From an uncultured Acidobacteriota bacterium (lineage in GTDB: Bacteria > Acidobacteriota > Vicinamibacteria > Vicinamibacterales > 2-12-FULL-66-21), in NCBI GenBank assembly GCA_963830815.1, contig CAWHNN010000001.1, positions 7,715 through 71,714 on the forward strand: a stretch of DNA of 64,000 nucleotides. Reading direction: 5' to 3'. Position numbers and translations under genes: made by a program. The notes under the pieces are model-generated. The model made no database searches and was not told where the DNA came from. It saw only the letters and a program-made list of their open reading frames with translations. This document shows positions 33,029 to 45,967 of the stretch, piece by piece (position 1 is the stretch's first letter; every line of letters starts with the position of its first letter).

Positions 33029-34585
33029 ATGCGTGCAATTCTGAGTGTTTCGGATAAAACGGGCCTTTCGGATTTCGGAAAGGGCCTCGATCGGCTTGGG
33101 GGTCGAGCTGGTCTCCACGGGCGGGACGGCGAAGGCGCTCGCGGACGCCGGTTTGCCCGTCCGCAACGTCTCGGACGTCACCGGGTTCCCCGAGATGATG
33201 GACGGCCGGGTGAAGACGCTGCATCCCGCCATCCATGCCGGCATCCTCGCACGTCGTTCCCGCCCGGACGACCTCGAAGCGATCGCCCGTCACGGCATAA
33301 CGCCGGTTGACCTGGTCGTCGTCAACCTCTATCCCTTCGCGAAGGCGGCACAGAATCCGGACACGCGTTTCGACGCGCTGGTGGAAGAGATCGACATCGG
33401 AGGCCCGAGCCTGGTCCGCGCCGCCGCCAAGAACTTCCGCGACGTGCTCGTCGTCGTCGATCCGGCCGACTACGCACAGGTGCTCGAAGAGCTCGCGCGC
33501 TCGGGGGGCGTCAATCCCGAGTTCCGCTTCACGTTGATGCAGAAAGCCTTCGCGCATACCGGCCACTACGACACGATGATTGCCGGGACGCTGCAGACGG
33601 TGGACTACGCCGGCGGCGCGATGAAGCGTGGGCCGATGCCGGCGGATGCCGTCGCCAGGGATCTGCGTTACGGCGAGAACCCGCACCAGAAAGCATCCTG
33701 GACGGCATCACCTGTTCTGCCGGCGTGGCACATTCATCAGGGCAAGGAGTTGTCGTATACGAACCTCCTCGACCTCGATGCGGCGCTGCGTATCGCGCTG
33801 GAGTTTCCCGAGCCCGTGGGCGTGGTCATCAAGCACACGAATCCCTGCGGTGTCGCGCTCGGCGCGACGATTGCCGAGGCCTACGTCCGGGCGCGCGAAG
33901 CCGATCCGCTCTCGGCATTCGGCGGCATCGTCGGACTCAACCGCACGCTCGACGTCGAGACGGCGCGCGCGCTGACGTCGACGTTCATCGAAGCCGTGAT
34001 CGCCCCTGGTCTCGACGACGAGGCAAGGGCGATCCTGGCGACGAAGGCCAACCTGCGCGTGGCGACGACCGACTTCGCCAAGCCTGGCGACGCTCGACTC
34101 ATCGCTGAAGCGCGAGCTGCGCTCGTTCCTGGGCGGGACGTTGATGCAGGAGCGCGGACACTGTCACCGAAGCCCACGATCCGTGGCCGCACGGCGAGAT
34201 GCCGAAAGTCGCAACCAGGCGCGCGCCGACGCCAGACGAATGGCAGGCGCTGCGTTTCGCCTGGCGCGTCTGCGGACACGTGAAGTCGAACGCCGTGATC
34301 TTCACCGGCGCCGATCGGACGATTTCCGTGGGCGCCGGGCAGATGAGCCGCGTCGACGCGGTGAAGGTGGCGGTGATGAAGGCGCCTGCCGGCACCCTCG
34401 CCGGATCGGTTGCTGCGTCCGACGCATTCTTCCCGTTCCGCGACGGACTCGACGCCGTCGCCGACGCTGGCGCCACTGCCGTCGTCCAGCCCGGTGGCTC
34501 GGTGCGCGATGCGGAAGTGATTGCCGCTGCCGACGAGCGAGGGCTGGCGATGGTCTTCACGGGCAAAAGGCACTTTAGGCACTGA
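33029..34585 (+). CDS. purH: Bifunctional AICAR transformylase/IMP cyclohydrolase (frameshifted)
   Basis: [51 protein letters not shown]. Confidence 0.95.
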
Positions 34586-34590
34586 CGGTC

Positions 34591-34744
34591 GCAATGCTGA
34601 ATGTCGAATGCTGAATGCTGAATGAATGCTGAATACGGTGCGATCGAAAGAATTCTGAAGGACCAGAGCCCGGTAGTGACATTCATTCGCCCTTCCGCAT
34701 TTCCTCTTTCACTTCAGCATTCGAAATTCAGCATTCAGCATTGC
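34591..34744. repeat. Inverted heptamer array (AATGCTG)n...(CAGCATT)n
   Basis: GCAATGCTGAATG... left arm, ...CATTCAGCATTGC right arm, spacer of about 75 nt. Confidence 0.9.
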
Positions 34745-36467
34745 CTGCTGCTTTTCCTCGCCCTGTGTCCCGTACTTCATTGATCTCGGCGGCTCGTCCA
34801 TCTGGGACGCGAACGAAGCGTTCTACGTCGAGACGCCGCGCGAGATGATGGAGCGTGGCGACTACGTCAACCCGCAATTCAACTACGAGCCGCGGATCAA
34901 CAAGCCGGTTCTGAGCTACTGGATCGTCACCGGGTTCTATAAAGCGTTCGGGGTCTCCGTCGGCGTGCAGCGGATCCCGATTGCCATCGGCGGCATCGTC
35001 CTCATCGCTACGGCGTTCTTCCTGGCGCGCGCGGCGTCAGCCTCGGGACGCTCGACCATGGCGGCATGGTGGGCGGCGGTCGGCCTGGCCGTCTCCCCGC
35101 GCCACCTCATGTTCTCGCGGCGCATCTTCATCGACATCTACATCTCGATGTTCATGGCGCTGACGCTGCTGTTCTTCGCGTTGTCCGAGCGCTATCCGGC
35201 GCGTCGGCGCCTGTTCCTCGTGCTGATGTACGTCAGCGTCGGTCTCGGCGTGCTGACGAAAGGGCCGGTGGCGGTCCTGCTGCCGGGGCTGGCCTTTGGC
35301 GCTTACCTCATCGTGCATGGCGAGCTGAGACGTCTGCGCGACATGATGATTCCGATGGGCCTGCTCATCGGCCTCGCCATCGTCGTGCCGTGGTATGCGG
35401 CGCTCTATCAGCAGTCCGGGTGGGCGCCGATCAAGTCGTTCATCTTTGGCGAGAACCTCGCGCGTTACGTCGAGGGGGCGGGCGTCAACGCCGATCGTCC
35501 CGTGTGGTGGTATCTGCCGGTCGTGCTCAGCGACTCGTTCCCGTGGTCGCTCTTCCTTTTTCCGGCGGCGGTGATGTGGCTGCGCGACCGACGCGGGTCC
35601 GCTGGCGCCGACGCCGGCTTCCGCATCCGAACGTTGCTCTGGATTTGGATCCTCGTGATCGTCGGGTTCTTTTCGTTGTCGGCGGGAAAGCAGGACCTCT
35701 ACATCTATCCCATCGTTCCGGCGATCGTCAGCGCTGGCTGGCGTCGTAATGGTACGCGCCACCGATCCGGGCGCGGCGCCAGCGCCTCGCATTACGCTCG
35801 TGACTGCGGTGATCGGCGGCCTCGTCGCGGCGGCTGGTGTGGGTTTCTCGCGCTCTTCAACACGTCCCTTGCCGTCTACACACTAGCCGGGTCGGCTGCT
35901 GTTGGCGTGATTGCGATTGCCGGCGGCACGGCGGCGATGTTCCTCGCCGTTCGCCGTCGCGAATCGATGGCGCTGACGATCGTCGCGACGTCGCTCGTTG
36001 CCGTGAACTGGATTTTCGTCAGCAGGATGCTGCCGAGCTTCGAGGCGTACAAGCCGGCGCCCGCGCTGGCGGCGATCCTCGAAGAGCGCGCCGCGCCAGA
36101 GGATCTCATCGTCACTTACAACGTCGCGCTGCCAAGCCTGGTCTACTACCTGCGGCGCCACACCGACGTCTTCTATGATCACGGCCCGGTGCTCGAACTG
36201 CTGGGCAGCAGGAAGCGCATGTTCCTGCTCGTCTACCGGGAGGACTACGAACGCGCGATCAAGCCGGTGTCGCCGGTGCCGCTCTGCCAGATCGGCTCCC
36301 GGCCGACATTCGACGTGAAGCTGCAGAAATGTGCTCTCTCGCGCCCGGCCGCCGCAGGTGTTGTTGCTGACAACAGATTGTGGAAGCCGGCTGGCTGGTG
36401 CACCCGAGGGCGCCTCGCGGCTCGCTGCTCGCGGTCGGATGACCGGCGACTGAAGACTGCCGACTGA
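34676..36467 (+). CDS. ArnT/GT39-family membrane glycosyltransferase (frameshifted)
   Basis: WDANEAFY..REM, KPVLSYW, LTKGPV, KQDLYIYP; both ends approximate. Confidence 0.85.
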
Positions 36468-36495
36468 AGACTGCCGACTGACGCCTAACGACTAT
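36447..36495. repeat. Heptamer tandem array (GACTGAA/GACTGCC alternating)
   Basis: GACTGAAGACTGCCGACTGAAGACTGCCGACTGAC between convergent gene ends. Confidence 0.85.
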
Positions 36496-37487
36496 CGACA
36501 GTTCGACTGTCGCAGCTCGTCGATAGATACCGTCGCCGCCCCGAACTTGCCAACGACGATGCCCGCGGCGCGGTTGGCGATGCGCGCGGCGTCGCTCAAC
36601 GACGCGCCTGCGGCCGCTGCAAGCGCGAGCGCGGCGATGACCGTATCACCCGCGCCTGTCACGTCTGCGACTTCCCGCGCTTCGGCCGGAAGATCGATCT
36701 CATAGTCCTTGCCATCGTCTTTGGCCAGCAGCCACATCCCGTGTTCGCCGCGCGTGATGAGCACCGCGTCGCTGCCGGCCCGCGTGCGGAACAGCCGGGC
36801 CGCCTCGCGCGCGTCGGCGGCCGTGCGAATCCGCATGTGCGTCACCGATTCCGCCTCGATGTGATTCGGCGTAACCAGCGTGGCGCCGGCATAGCGCTCG
36901 ATGTGCGGGACCTTGGGGTCCACGAGCAGCGGGATTCATGCGCCCGCGCTGCGTCCGCCGCGGCGGACGCGACTCGGGCGAGTCACGACACCCTTCATGT
37001 AGTCGGATATGACGATGGCGTGCGCCTGGCCGGCGAGCTCGCCAATTCTCTTGATGATCGCTGCCTCGATCGTGGAATCGATCGCGGCGTCGGCCTCGTA
37101 GTCGATACGCGCGACCTGCTGGTTTCGCGTCGTGACCACGCGCACCTTGCGAGTCGTGCAGCGGGACGGATCGCTGACGACGCCGCCGGTCGTGATCGAG
37201 CGCCCGGAGAGGTCTTCGAGCAGCCGCGCTCCGTCAGCATCATGGCCGACAATGCCGACAGCATCGACGTGGCCGCCGAGAGCGATGATGTTGTTCGCGA
37301 CGTTGGCGGCGCCGCCCAGCCGCCACGTGTCATGGTTGAAGCGGACAATCGGAACCGGTGCTTCCGGGGAGATCCGTTCGACGGTCCCGATGACGAACTG
37401 ATCGACCATCAAATCGCCGATGACGAGGATTGAGCGTCCGGCAAAACGGTCGAGGAGTCCAGCAACCAGGGCAGACGGGGAAGACAC
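36492..37487 (-). CDS. rfaE1: D-glycero-beta-D-manno-heptose-7-phosphate kinase (HldE kinase domain only, frameshifted)
   Basis: GDLMVDQF, RISPEAPVP, GGAANVA, SDYMKG, DVTGAGDTV. Confidence 0.9.
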
Positions 37488-38739
37488 TTACGCCGCCTTC
37501 CGTTCGACGGCTGGTGCCGGAAAGCGCTCGGCGGCGTATGGCAGCGTGACGATGACGAGAAACAGCATCAGAAATTCCGAATCGCCGAAATTGTATTCGA
37601 ACATCCCTGCGGCCAGCATCGCGACGACGCTGGCGATGCCGGCGGTGGCGATGGACGGAATCGCGGATGCCTTGCGGAACTTCAGGAAGTCGGCGAGCAG
37701 CGTCCCGATGAACCACAACCAGATGGCGAGGGCTGGCAGCCCGCGTTCCGCCGCGATCTGCAGCGGCACGTTGTGCAGGTGGGAGTTGCGCTGGCTGACA
37801 GCCGTGGGTTCGCGATAGCCGGGATAGACCTGGATCACCATGTCGGGCCCGACGCCGGTGATCGGGTTGTCCTTGATGATGCGGATGCCGCTCTTGATCA
37901 TCGCGATCCGGTCGCGGTTCGATTGCAAGGTCGACGTGCTGGTCACGCTGTCGCCGACGCGCGATTTCAAGGACAACGCCGACGAGAAGCGATCGCTGAT
38001 CGCGGTTGGCGCGAAGGCGATGACCAGGCCGAGCGCCACCGGGAGGAACGCCGCAAGGCGGAACACCGAGCGGATGTTACGGAGCATGAAGAGCGTGCCG
38101 ATGCCGGCACAGGCGCCGACCCAGGCGTTCCTGCTCAGCGTCAGGACCAGCGCCACGAGCACCGCGGGCAGGATGAGCGCGGCCCAGGCCCGCTCGCGCC
38201 GGCGGAACATGACTCGCGCCACTGCCAGGCAGGCCACCAGCATGATGACGCCGGAGTACGTCATGTAGTGTCCAAGATTGCCCTGCACGCGGCGCGCGAC
38301 GTTGTCGAAGTCGAGGATGCCGGTACTGGACGATGCCGTAGACGGCGTTCAGCGCGCCAACGGTGATCACGACATCGATGACCGTCAACGTTCGCTCGCC
38401 GCGAACGATGCGATACGTGATGGGCACGATCGCAAAGAGCAGCAGCTGCTTGCAGTCCGTCAGGCTGACGATGCGATCGACCGAGAACACGGACGCGACC
38501 AGCGTCGCGGCGGCGTAGGCGGCCAGCGGCCAGAACATCCGCGGCACCTGCGGCCGCTCGCGGTTGACGACGAGGATGGCGATCCACAGGAGCGCGGCGA
38601 CGGCGAGCAGGATCTCGGAAACGGCAATCGAGAATTGCGGCGCCGCCGCGAACCCGAGGAGGCAGACGTACGCCACGCGCTCGAGGCCGGACATGCGATC
38701 CGGCGGCGATTCGATCGGCAGGCGCGCAGGGGCCAGCAT
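37488..38739 (-). CDS. O-antigen ligase family protein (frameshifted)
   Basis: LSRNAWVG, PITGVGPD, HLHNVPLQIAAERG. Confidence 0.85.
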
Positions 38740-39834
38740 CAGTGGACTCGCACTTTTGCGGCGCTCCGGGCCAGCGCCCGTTCAGCAGCGGCAATGACCG
38801 CCTGCGGGGCAATGGTCGTCAGGCATCTGAAGTCCCCGGGAACGCAGACGCGCTGTTCACACGGCCGGCAGGGGAGGCCCATGATCTGCACGGCTTCCGT
38901 GGCAAGGCCCGGATCGCGCCACGGCGCCGAGCGTTCCTCCAGCGTCGGACCGTAGATACCGACGATCGGTGTCCGCGTCGTCGACGCGATGTGCAGGGGG
39001 CCGGTGTCGCCGCCGATAAAGAGCGCGCTTCTCGCGATGAGCGCGCGCAGCTCCGCGAGGTCGACGTCGCCAAACGCGAGAACCTGCGCCGCGCGGCGTT
39101 GGCCCCAATTCGCGTCGCGCCGCATCGGCGATGCGATCCGCGGCAAGGCGATCGGAGGGGCCCGAGCTCAACACGATGCGCCGTCGATCGTCGGAGGCGG
39201 CGAGCCCGGCGACCAGCGCCGCGAAAGACGACTCCGGCCATCGCCGAAACGGATTGCCGGCGCTGACGTGCACCACCGCGAGATCGTGTCGTTCATCGAC
39301 ACCCGCCGCTCGCAACCGCTCCGCAACGCGCGCGTCCGCCACCGCATCGAGTGGCATCTCGGTCGGATTGCGGGCAGGATCGGCCGCCGTGCCGGGCCAG
39401 CCGTCGATTGCCGAGAGGAGCTCCCACTGGTTGACGACCGAGTGCCGTGGCTGAAGGCCGCGCGGTCGATGCACTTTTCGTGTGTACTGCCAGCCGCGGC
39501 CAGGGATGTCGTAGCCGATGCGCTGCGGCGCGCCGGTCGCCCACGTCAGCCATGAGCTGCGTGGCCCGCCGTGCAGATCGAGGACGACGTCGAAACGCTG
39601 CGCGCGCAGACGTCGCGCGAGCGCGACATCGTCACGAAGCCTGGCCCATCCGCGGGTGCGGGAGATGATGATCACGTCTGCGAGGTTCGGGTTCCCGGCT
39701 ACCACTGGCGCCGCCTCGCGCTCGACGAGATACGTCAGCCGCGAGTCCGGAAACGTCCGCTTGAGCGCGCCGACGAGCGGCGTGGTGAAGACGACGTCGC
39801 CGATGAGGCGAAGGCGAATGAGCAGTATCTTCAC
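38739..39834 (-). CDS. GT9 heptosyltransferase family (frameshifted)
   Basis: ILLIRLRLIGDVVFTTP, DTGPLHIA, GIYGPT. Confidence 0.9.
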
Positions 39835-39871
39835 GTGACAGGCGTGCGCCGGCACGCCCGAGCTCCACGAC

Positions 39872-40042
39872 CTAGGGTTCGACAGTGGCCTCGTCCAGCA
39901 GCATGACGGGGATGTCGTCCTTGATCGGATAGACGCGCTTGCATTGACCACACTTCAGCGCGGTGCCGTTCTTGACGAGCTCTACCTTGGTCTTGCAGTT
40001 GGGGCAGGCCAGTATCTCGAGCAGTTCAGGATCGACGGGCAT
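39872..40042 (-). CDS. Trm112/YcaR family protein
   Basis: Not in ORF track; MPVDPELLEILACPNCK...CGQCKRVYPIKDDIPVMLLDEA (56 aa). Confidence 0.9.
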   Translation of the reverse strand: MPVDPELLEILACPNCKTKVELVKNGTALKCGQCKRVYPIKDDIPVMLLDEATVEP

Positions 40043-40138
40043 GGCATTGACCTCGGCAGCGAGCTGCTGCCAGCGGCTGGCACTATACCAGATGCCGTTT
40101 GCGTCCCGCGGCCAGCTGACGTCATTATAGTCAGGCAG

Positions 40139-41570
40139 ATGCGGTCTTTCCTGCCCCGATTCCTGGCTTTCGTCCTGGCCGTACCCGCCGTAGCGATGGC
40201 GGGCCAGCGCGCGCCGTCAGCGGGTGAGCAGGGCGACGCCGGCTACTATTTCCTCCTGGCGCGGCACTTCGAGAGCGCCGGGAACGTTGACGAAGCGATC
40301 AAGGCATACGGCCGCGCCATCGAGCTCGATCCGGCATCCGCCGAACTGCGCGCCGAGCTCGCCGGCCTCTACGCGCGCCAGGACAACGCCGCCGAAGCCA
40401 TCGCCAACGCCGAGGCGGCCATCGCGCGAGATGCCGCCAATCCCGAGGCGAATCGCATCCTCGGCACCGTCTACGCCGCGTACGGCGAGCGCCGCATGCC
40501 GATGCGGCCGGGCGAGGATCCGTCCACGTATGCCGCGCGCGCCATCGCCGCCCTCGAGAAGGCCCTCGGCGACGGCTCCGACATCGGGTTGAATTTCCTG
40601 CTCGGACGCCTCTATCTCCAATCGAACGAGTTTGCCAAGGCCGTTCCGCTGCTCAGCCGCGTGGTCGATGAGCAACCGACGATGATCGAGGCCGTCATCC
40701 TTCTTTCGAATGCCCAGGAAGGTGCCGGCCAGACCGAGCAGGCCGTTGCCACGCTCGAAAAAGCTCCTGACTGAGAATCCGAGCTCGTTCCGCGCGCAGC
40801 TCCGCCTCGCGGAGGTCTACGAGCAGAGTGAGCAGTGGAATGCGGCGGCCGATGCTCTCGCCAAGGCGCAGGCGCTCAATCCGAAGGCGCCGATGATCGC
40901 GCGCCGCGCAGGCGGTGGCGCTCTTGTCCGCGGGGCGTGGCCCGGAGGCTCGGGATCTCCTGCAGACGTCCATCGCTGGCGGGCGCATGGACGGAAAAGA
41001 TCCGATCGTGCTCTACCTGCTGGCCGAGAGTCAGCGCGCCTCCAAGCAGCTCGACGAGGCGGAGGCGACAGCACAGAGACTCATCGCCGCCAATCCCGAA
41101 GATACACGCGGCCTGCACGTGATGTCGCTCATCCTTCAGGACAAGGGTGACGTCAAGGGCGCCGAGCGCGTGCTGCGAGACTTGATCGGGCGCGATCCGA
41201 TGGACGCGAACGCGCTCAACTCGCTCGGCTACATGCTGGCCGAGCGCGGCGATCGTCTCGAAGAAGCGGTGAGCGCTCCTGCAGCGGGCGCTCAAGATCG
41301 AGCCCGGCAACCCGTCATACCTCGACAGCCTCGGCTGGGCCTACTTTCAGCAGGGCCGCCTCGATCTCGCCGACCCTCCACTCACGGAAGCAGCCGAAAA
41401 GCTGCAATCGAACTCCGTCGTCCAGGATCATCTCGGTGACCTGCGCTACAAGCAGCAACGCTTCGCCGACGCGGCGGCGGCGTGGGAACGCGCGCTCAGC
41501 CGGCGACGGCCAGTCGGTCGACAAGTCAAAGCTCCAGGGCAAGATTCGCGAGGCTCGAGGCCGGATGTGA
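40139..41570 (+). CDS. Secreted TPR-repeat protein (frameshifted)
   Basis: Signal peptide, TPR helices, ALNSLGYMLAE, YLDSLGWAYF, DHLGD. Confidence 0.85.
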
Positions 41571-42391
41571 ATCGCCGGATCCGATCTCCTGCCGGCAGTC
41601 CTCTGCCTCGTTACGATTTCCTGCGCGCCTCGGATCGTGTCGCTGCCCTCCGGCGGGGGGACGGATTTCCCCGGCTACGCGCCGGCGTTGGAGCAGGCCA
41701 CAAGACCTGCGCGTCCGTGAAGACGCTGGTGGCCGTGATGTCGATCTCCGGCCGCGCCTACCGGCAACGGCTGCGCGCCAAGATTGACGCGGGTTTCGAG
41801 GCGCCGTCGCGCGTCCGACTCGAGCTGCCAGCGCCGGGCAAGCCATTCTTCACCTACGTTGTCGACGGCAAGACCGCGACGCTCGTCCTGCCGCGAGACG
41901 GGCGCGTGCTGCGGGAAGCGCCGCCGGTGGATACGCTCGAAGCCCTGACCGGTGTTGCCATCGGTCCCGACGATCTGCGGACGATCGTCGCCGGCTGCGG
42001 GCTGACGGCGCGGTGACGTGGCCCGCGCGCGCAGCTTCGATGGTGGGTGGGTGGCACTCTATTCGGATCGTGCGACGACGTGGCTGCAGCAGGTTGCGGG
42101 GCAGTGGCAGCTGGCGGTCTCGACCCGTGAGAGCGCGAAGGGCGCCGCGGTCCCCTCGAGGTCCGCTACTCCGATTTTGTTGCCGGCAGGCCGACGACGA
42201 TCAGGCTGCGCATGCTGGCGGACCTCGCGCGCGGCGGCGAGCCCGCAGCGAATACCGACTTGACGATCCGCCTGTCGCAGGTCGAGATCAACGAGCCGAT
42301 CGATCCCGCGGCGTTTTCCGTCGAGGTGCCGTCGACGGCGACCCCTATCACTCTCGAGGATCTTCGGAAGGCAGGCCCGCTTGGCGGCTAG
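41567..42391 (+). CDS. Putative lipoprotein at the lolB syntenic position (frameshifted)
   Basis: Reframed N-terminus LLPAVLCLVTISCAPR with lipobox-like TISC; lies between TPR gene and ispE. Confidence 0.6.
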
Positions 42392-43322
42392 GAGCGCTTC
42401 CTTCAAACGGCTCCAGGTGCGACGCGCGCGCTCACGCCAAGGTGAATCTCGATCTGCGCGTCCTTGGCACCAGGCCGGACGGTTATCACGAGCTGCGCAC
42501 GGTCTTTCAGTCGATCGATCTGCACGACACGCTGTTGTGCGCGACGCGGCCCGGGCCCGTTCGCGTTGAAGTGCCGCACGTCGGGCGTGCCGCTCGACGA
42601 GTCGAATCTCGTCTGGAAAGCGGCGGCGGCGTTGTGGACTGCCATCGGCCGGCCCGGAACGCTCTCGGACATCGTCATCTCGCATTCGCAAGGAGATACC
42701 GATGCAGGCGGGCCTCGGCGGTGGGAGCGCCGACGCGGCGGCGACGCTCCTGGCGCTTGGCGCGTCTCTGGGGTGGCGTGCCGTTGCCGCTGATACGCGA
42801 CGTCGCGGCGGGCATCGGCGCGGACGTCGCCTACTTCCTGTCGGGGGGAACCGCACTGGGCCTCGGACGAGGCGAGGAGATTTACCCGCTGGTCGATTTA
42901 CCGACGCACTGGGTGGTCGTCGTCCAGCCGCCGTACGGCATTTCGACTGCCGAAGCGTACTCCTGGTACGACGAGGATCGGGCTGCCGGCGTGCGCGAGC
43001 ATCGCGAGCCGCAGATGCTGCCCGTTCCGTGGCCGACCCGCGCGGCGCAGATGATCAACGATCTCGAGCCGCCGGTCGTGCGCCGTCATCCCGGAGATTG
43101 GCGCCTTCAAGACCGTCCTGCGCGAGGCCGGGGCCGTTGCTTCGGCGATGTCTGGCAGCGGGTCCGCGGTTTTTGGCCTGTTTCGCACACAAGCGGCCGC
43201 CGCCCGGGCGCTCAAGCCGCGTGTCTCGATCGGGCGCCCGTGCCCGCCTGACGAGGACGCTGAGCCGCGCCGAGCACGAACGGCGGGCTCGCCCGGTTGC
43301 CACTAAATCCCGTTCGGTATAA
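42381..43322 (+). CDS. ispE: 4-diphosphocytidyl-2-C-methyl-D-erythritol kinase (frameshifted)
   Basis: AHAKVNLDL, DGYHELRTVFQSI, QAGLGGGSADAA, MSGSGSAVFG. Confidence 0.92.
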
Positions 43323-43428
43323 ACTTACCGTTTTGCGGACAGGCCGCGGGACGCGCCTGAGGAGTGGCGCTGACCAGCGCGCGACACAACCCATGCAGGA
43401 CAACAGAGTCCCGTGGACTTCCGGCCGA

Positions 43429-43503
43429 TGGGGCGTGGCCAAGCGGTAAGGCGCGGGACTTTGGCTCCCGTATTCGGAGGTTCGAATCCTCCCGCCCCAA
43501 CCA
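43429..43503 (+). tRNA. tRNA-Gln (TTG)
   Basis: Cloverleaf TGGGGCG...CGCCCCA-A-CCA, anticodon loop CTTTGGC, GGTTCGAATCC. Confidence 0.95.
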
Positions 43504-43529
43504 GTCCTGAGTCACGCGAGGCCGACGGT

Positions 43530-44478
43530 ATGAGTCGCGGGCAGCTGAAACTGTTTTCGGGCAGCGCACACCGTGCCCTCGCCGCCGAGATTGGCGAGTT
43601 CCTCGGCGTTGGACTGGGGCAGGCGCGGCTGCAGCGGTTCCCGGACACGGAAGTCTCGTTCCAGATCGACGAGAACATCCGTGGCACCGACGTGTTCGTG
43701 GTACAGCCCACGTGCGCGCCGGTTGACGAGCACCTCGTCGAGCTCTGCGTGATGATGGACGCGTTCCGCCGCTCGTCGGCGTCGCGGATCACGGCCGTCA
43801 TCCCCTACTACGGATACGCGCGGCAGGATCGGAAGGACAAGCCCCGCGTGCCGATTTCGGCCAAGCTCGTGGCGAACCTGCTGAGCGCGGCCGGAGCGAA
43901 TCGCGTCCTGACGATGGATCTGCACAAGGCGCAGATCCAGGGCTTTTTCGATATCCCGGTCGACCACCTGTTCGCGGCGCCCGTGATCATCGATTGCTGC
44001 GAGGGGCTGGCGCACCCGGACCTGACGATCGTTTCGCCGGACGCGGGTGGCGCCGAACGCGCGCGCGCTTACGCGAAGCGGCTCGACGCCGAGCTGGCGA
44101 TTATCGACAAGCGGCGCGGCGACGATGGCACGGCGGAAGTGATGAACGTGATCGGCGACGTCGCCGGGCCGCACGTGCATCATCCAGGACGACATCATCG
44201 ATACGGCCGGGACGATCGTGAAGGCGGCGAACGCGCTCAAGGCGAACGGCGCGGCGCGCGTGATTGCGTGCGCGGTCCACGGCGTGCTCTCGGGGCCGGC
44301 GATCGAGCGGCTCGAAGCGGCGCCGATCGAGCAGGTGATCATCACGAATACGATTCCGCTGCACACGGACCGGGCGCGGGCGTGCTCGAAGATTCGCCAG
44401 CTGTCGGTGGCGCGGCTGCTCGGGCAGGCGATTCGGAGCATCAACGAGGAAACGTCGGTTTCGTCGCTGTTCGTATAG
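43530..44478 (+). CDS. prs: Ribose-phosphate pyrophosphokinase (frameshifted)
   Basis: [38 protein letters not shown]. Confidence 0.95.
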
Positions 44479-44479
44479 G

Positions 44480-44601
44480 AGCTGCCGGCTGTCAGCGATC
44501 GGCTGTCAGCACGATTGGTGGCCAGGGGACCTGGGAAGTCTGGAACAACGTAGGCTCGAAGCCCGGAAGGCTGCGAGCTGAAAGCTGAGAGCTGAGAGCT
44601 G
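44480..44601. repeat. Inverted heptamer array (GCTGTCA-type ... GCTGAGA-type)
   Basis: GCTGCCG GCTGTCA GCGATCG GCTGTCA ... GCTGCGA GCTGAAA GCTGAGA GCTGAGA. Confidence 0.8.
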
Positions 44602-44604
44602 GTT

Positions 44605-45283
44605 ATGGCTGTTGCAACACTGAAATTCGAAACGCGTGAGTCTCGAGGCAAGAACGAGGCGCGCCGGCTGCGCGCGAGCGGACGCATCCCGGCGGTGCTC
44701 TACGGCGCCGAGAAGGGAAAGGCGCTCGCGATTTCCGTCGATCCGAAGATGCTGTCGAGGATTCTGCACTCCGAGTCGGGCGTCAACTCGCTCATCGCGC
44801 TCGAGGGCGAGCTCTGGCGCCGGCAGGACGCGCGCGTCCTGGTCAAGGAATACCAGCTCGACCCGATCGATCACCATCTCCTCCACGCCGACTTCTACCA
44901 GGTCGCGATGGACAAGATGCTGACCGTCACCGTGCCGATCGTGCTCAAGGGCGAAGCCAAGGGCGTCAAGCAGCAGGGTGGCATCGTCGACTTCGTCAAC
45001 CGCGAGATCGAGATCGAAGTGCTGCCGGGCGACATCCCCGAGAACATCACCGTCGAGATCAGCGAGCTGATGCTCAACCAGGGCGTGCGCGTCCGCGACA
45101 TCCACACCGAAGGCGCGAAGTGGAAGCCGCTCAGCGACGGCGACATGATGCTCGTGCACGTCGTGGCGCTGAAGGTCGAGGAGGAAGCGCCGGCGGCCGA
45201 AGCGGCAGCCGCGGCGCCGGGTGCGCGCGGCCGAGCCCGAGGTCATCAAGAAGGGCAAGGCCGACAAGGAAGAGGAGGAGTAA
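44605..45283 (+). CDS. rplY: 50S ribosomal protein L25/Ctc (frameshift near C-terminus)
   Basis: GKNEARRLR, IPAVLYG, HADF; EPEVIKKGK tail in shifted frame. Confidence 0.95.
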
Positions 45284-45338
45284 CGCGAGCGTCGGCGCCC
45301 CGCGAGCCTGAGCGACGGGGCCCTGCGAGCTCTAAAGA

Positions 45339-45914
45339 ATGAAGCTCGTCGTGGGCTGGGCAACCCCGGTCGAAAGTACGCCGGTACCCGCCACAACGTC
45401 GGGCTTCGAGGTCGTCGACGCGCTGGCGGCGCGGCACCGGCTCGAGTGGGAGTCGGCGCCGGCCGAGGCGTTCATCGCGAAGTGGCGAGCGGCCGGCGCG
45501 ATGCTGGTCAAGCCGCTGACGTTCATGAACCTCAGCGGCTACGCCGTCGGCGAGCTGCTGCGCTACTTCAAGGTCGACGTCGCCGACCTGCTGGTCATCG
45601 TCGACGAAGCGCAGCTCGAGCTCGGCCGTCTGCGCGCCCGCCCGAGCGGCTCGGCGGGCGGGCACAACGGCCTGAAGTCGCTCATCGAGCAGCTCGGGAC
45701 CGAGGAGTTCGCGCGGCTGCGGTTCGGTGTCGGCCGCGGCGACGCGCGCCGCGATCTCGCCGACCACGTGCTGGCGAAGTTCGACACAGGATGAGCAGCC
45801 GGTCGTAGCGGAGACGATCGCCGGGCGGCCGACGCCGCCGAGGCTTTCGTCATCGACGGCCTCGAGCCGATGATGAACCGGTTCAATCGGAGAGAAGACA
45901 GCAGAGACAGTTAG
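45339..45914 (+). CDS. pth: Peptidyl-tRNA hydrolase (frameshifted)
   Basis: KPLTFMNLSG, SAGGHNGLKS, RLRFGVG. Confidence 0.93.
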
Positions 45915-45967
45915 AAGAGAAGCGAGAAGCTTGAGAAGCCGAAAGAAGGCGGCAGAACAATCCGTTT

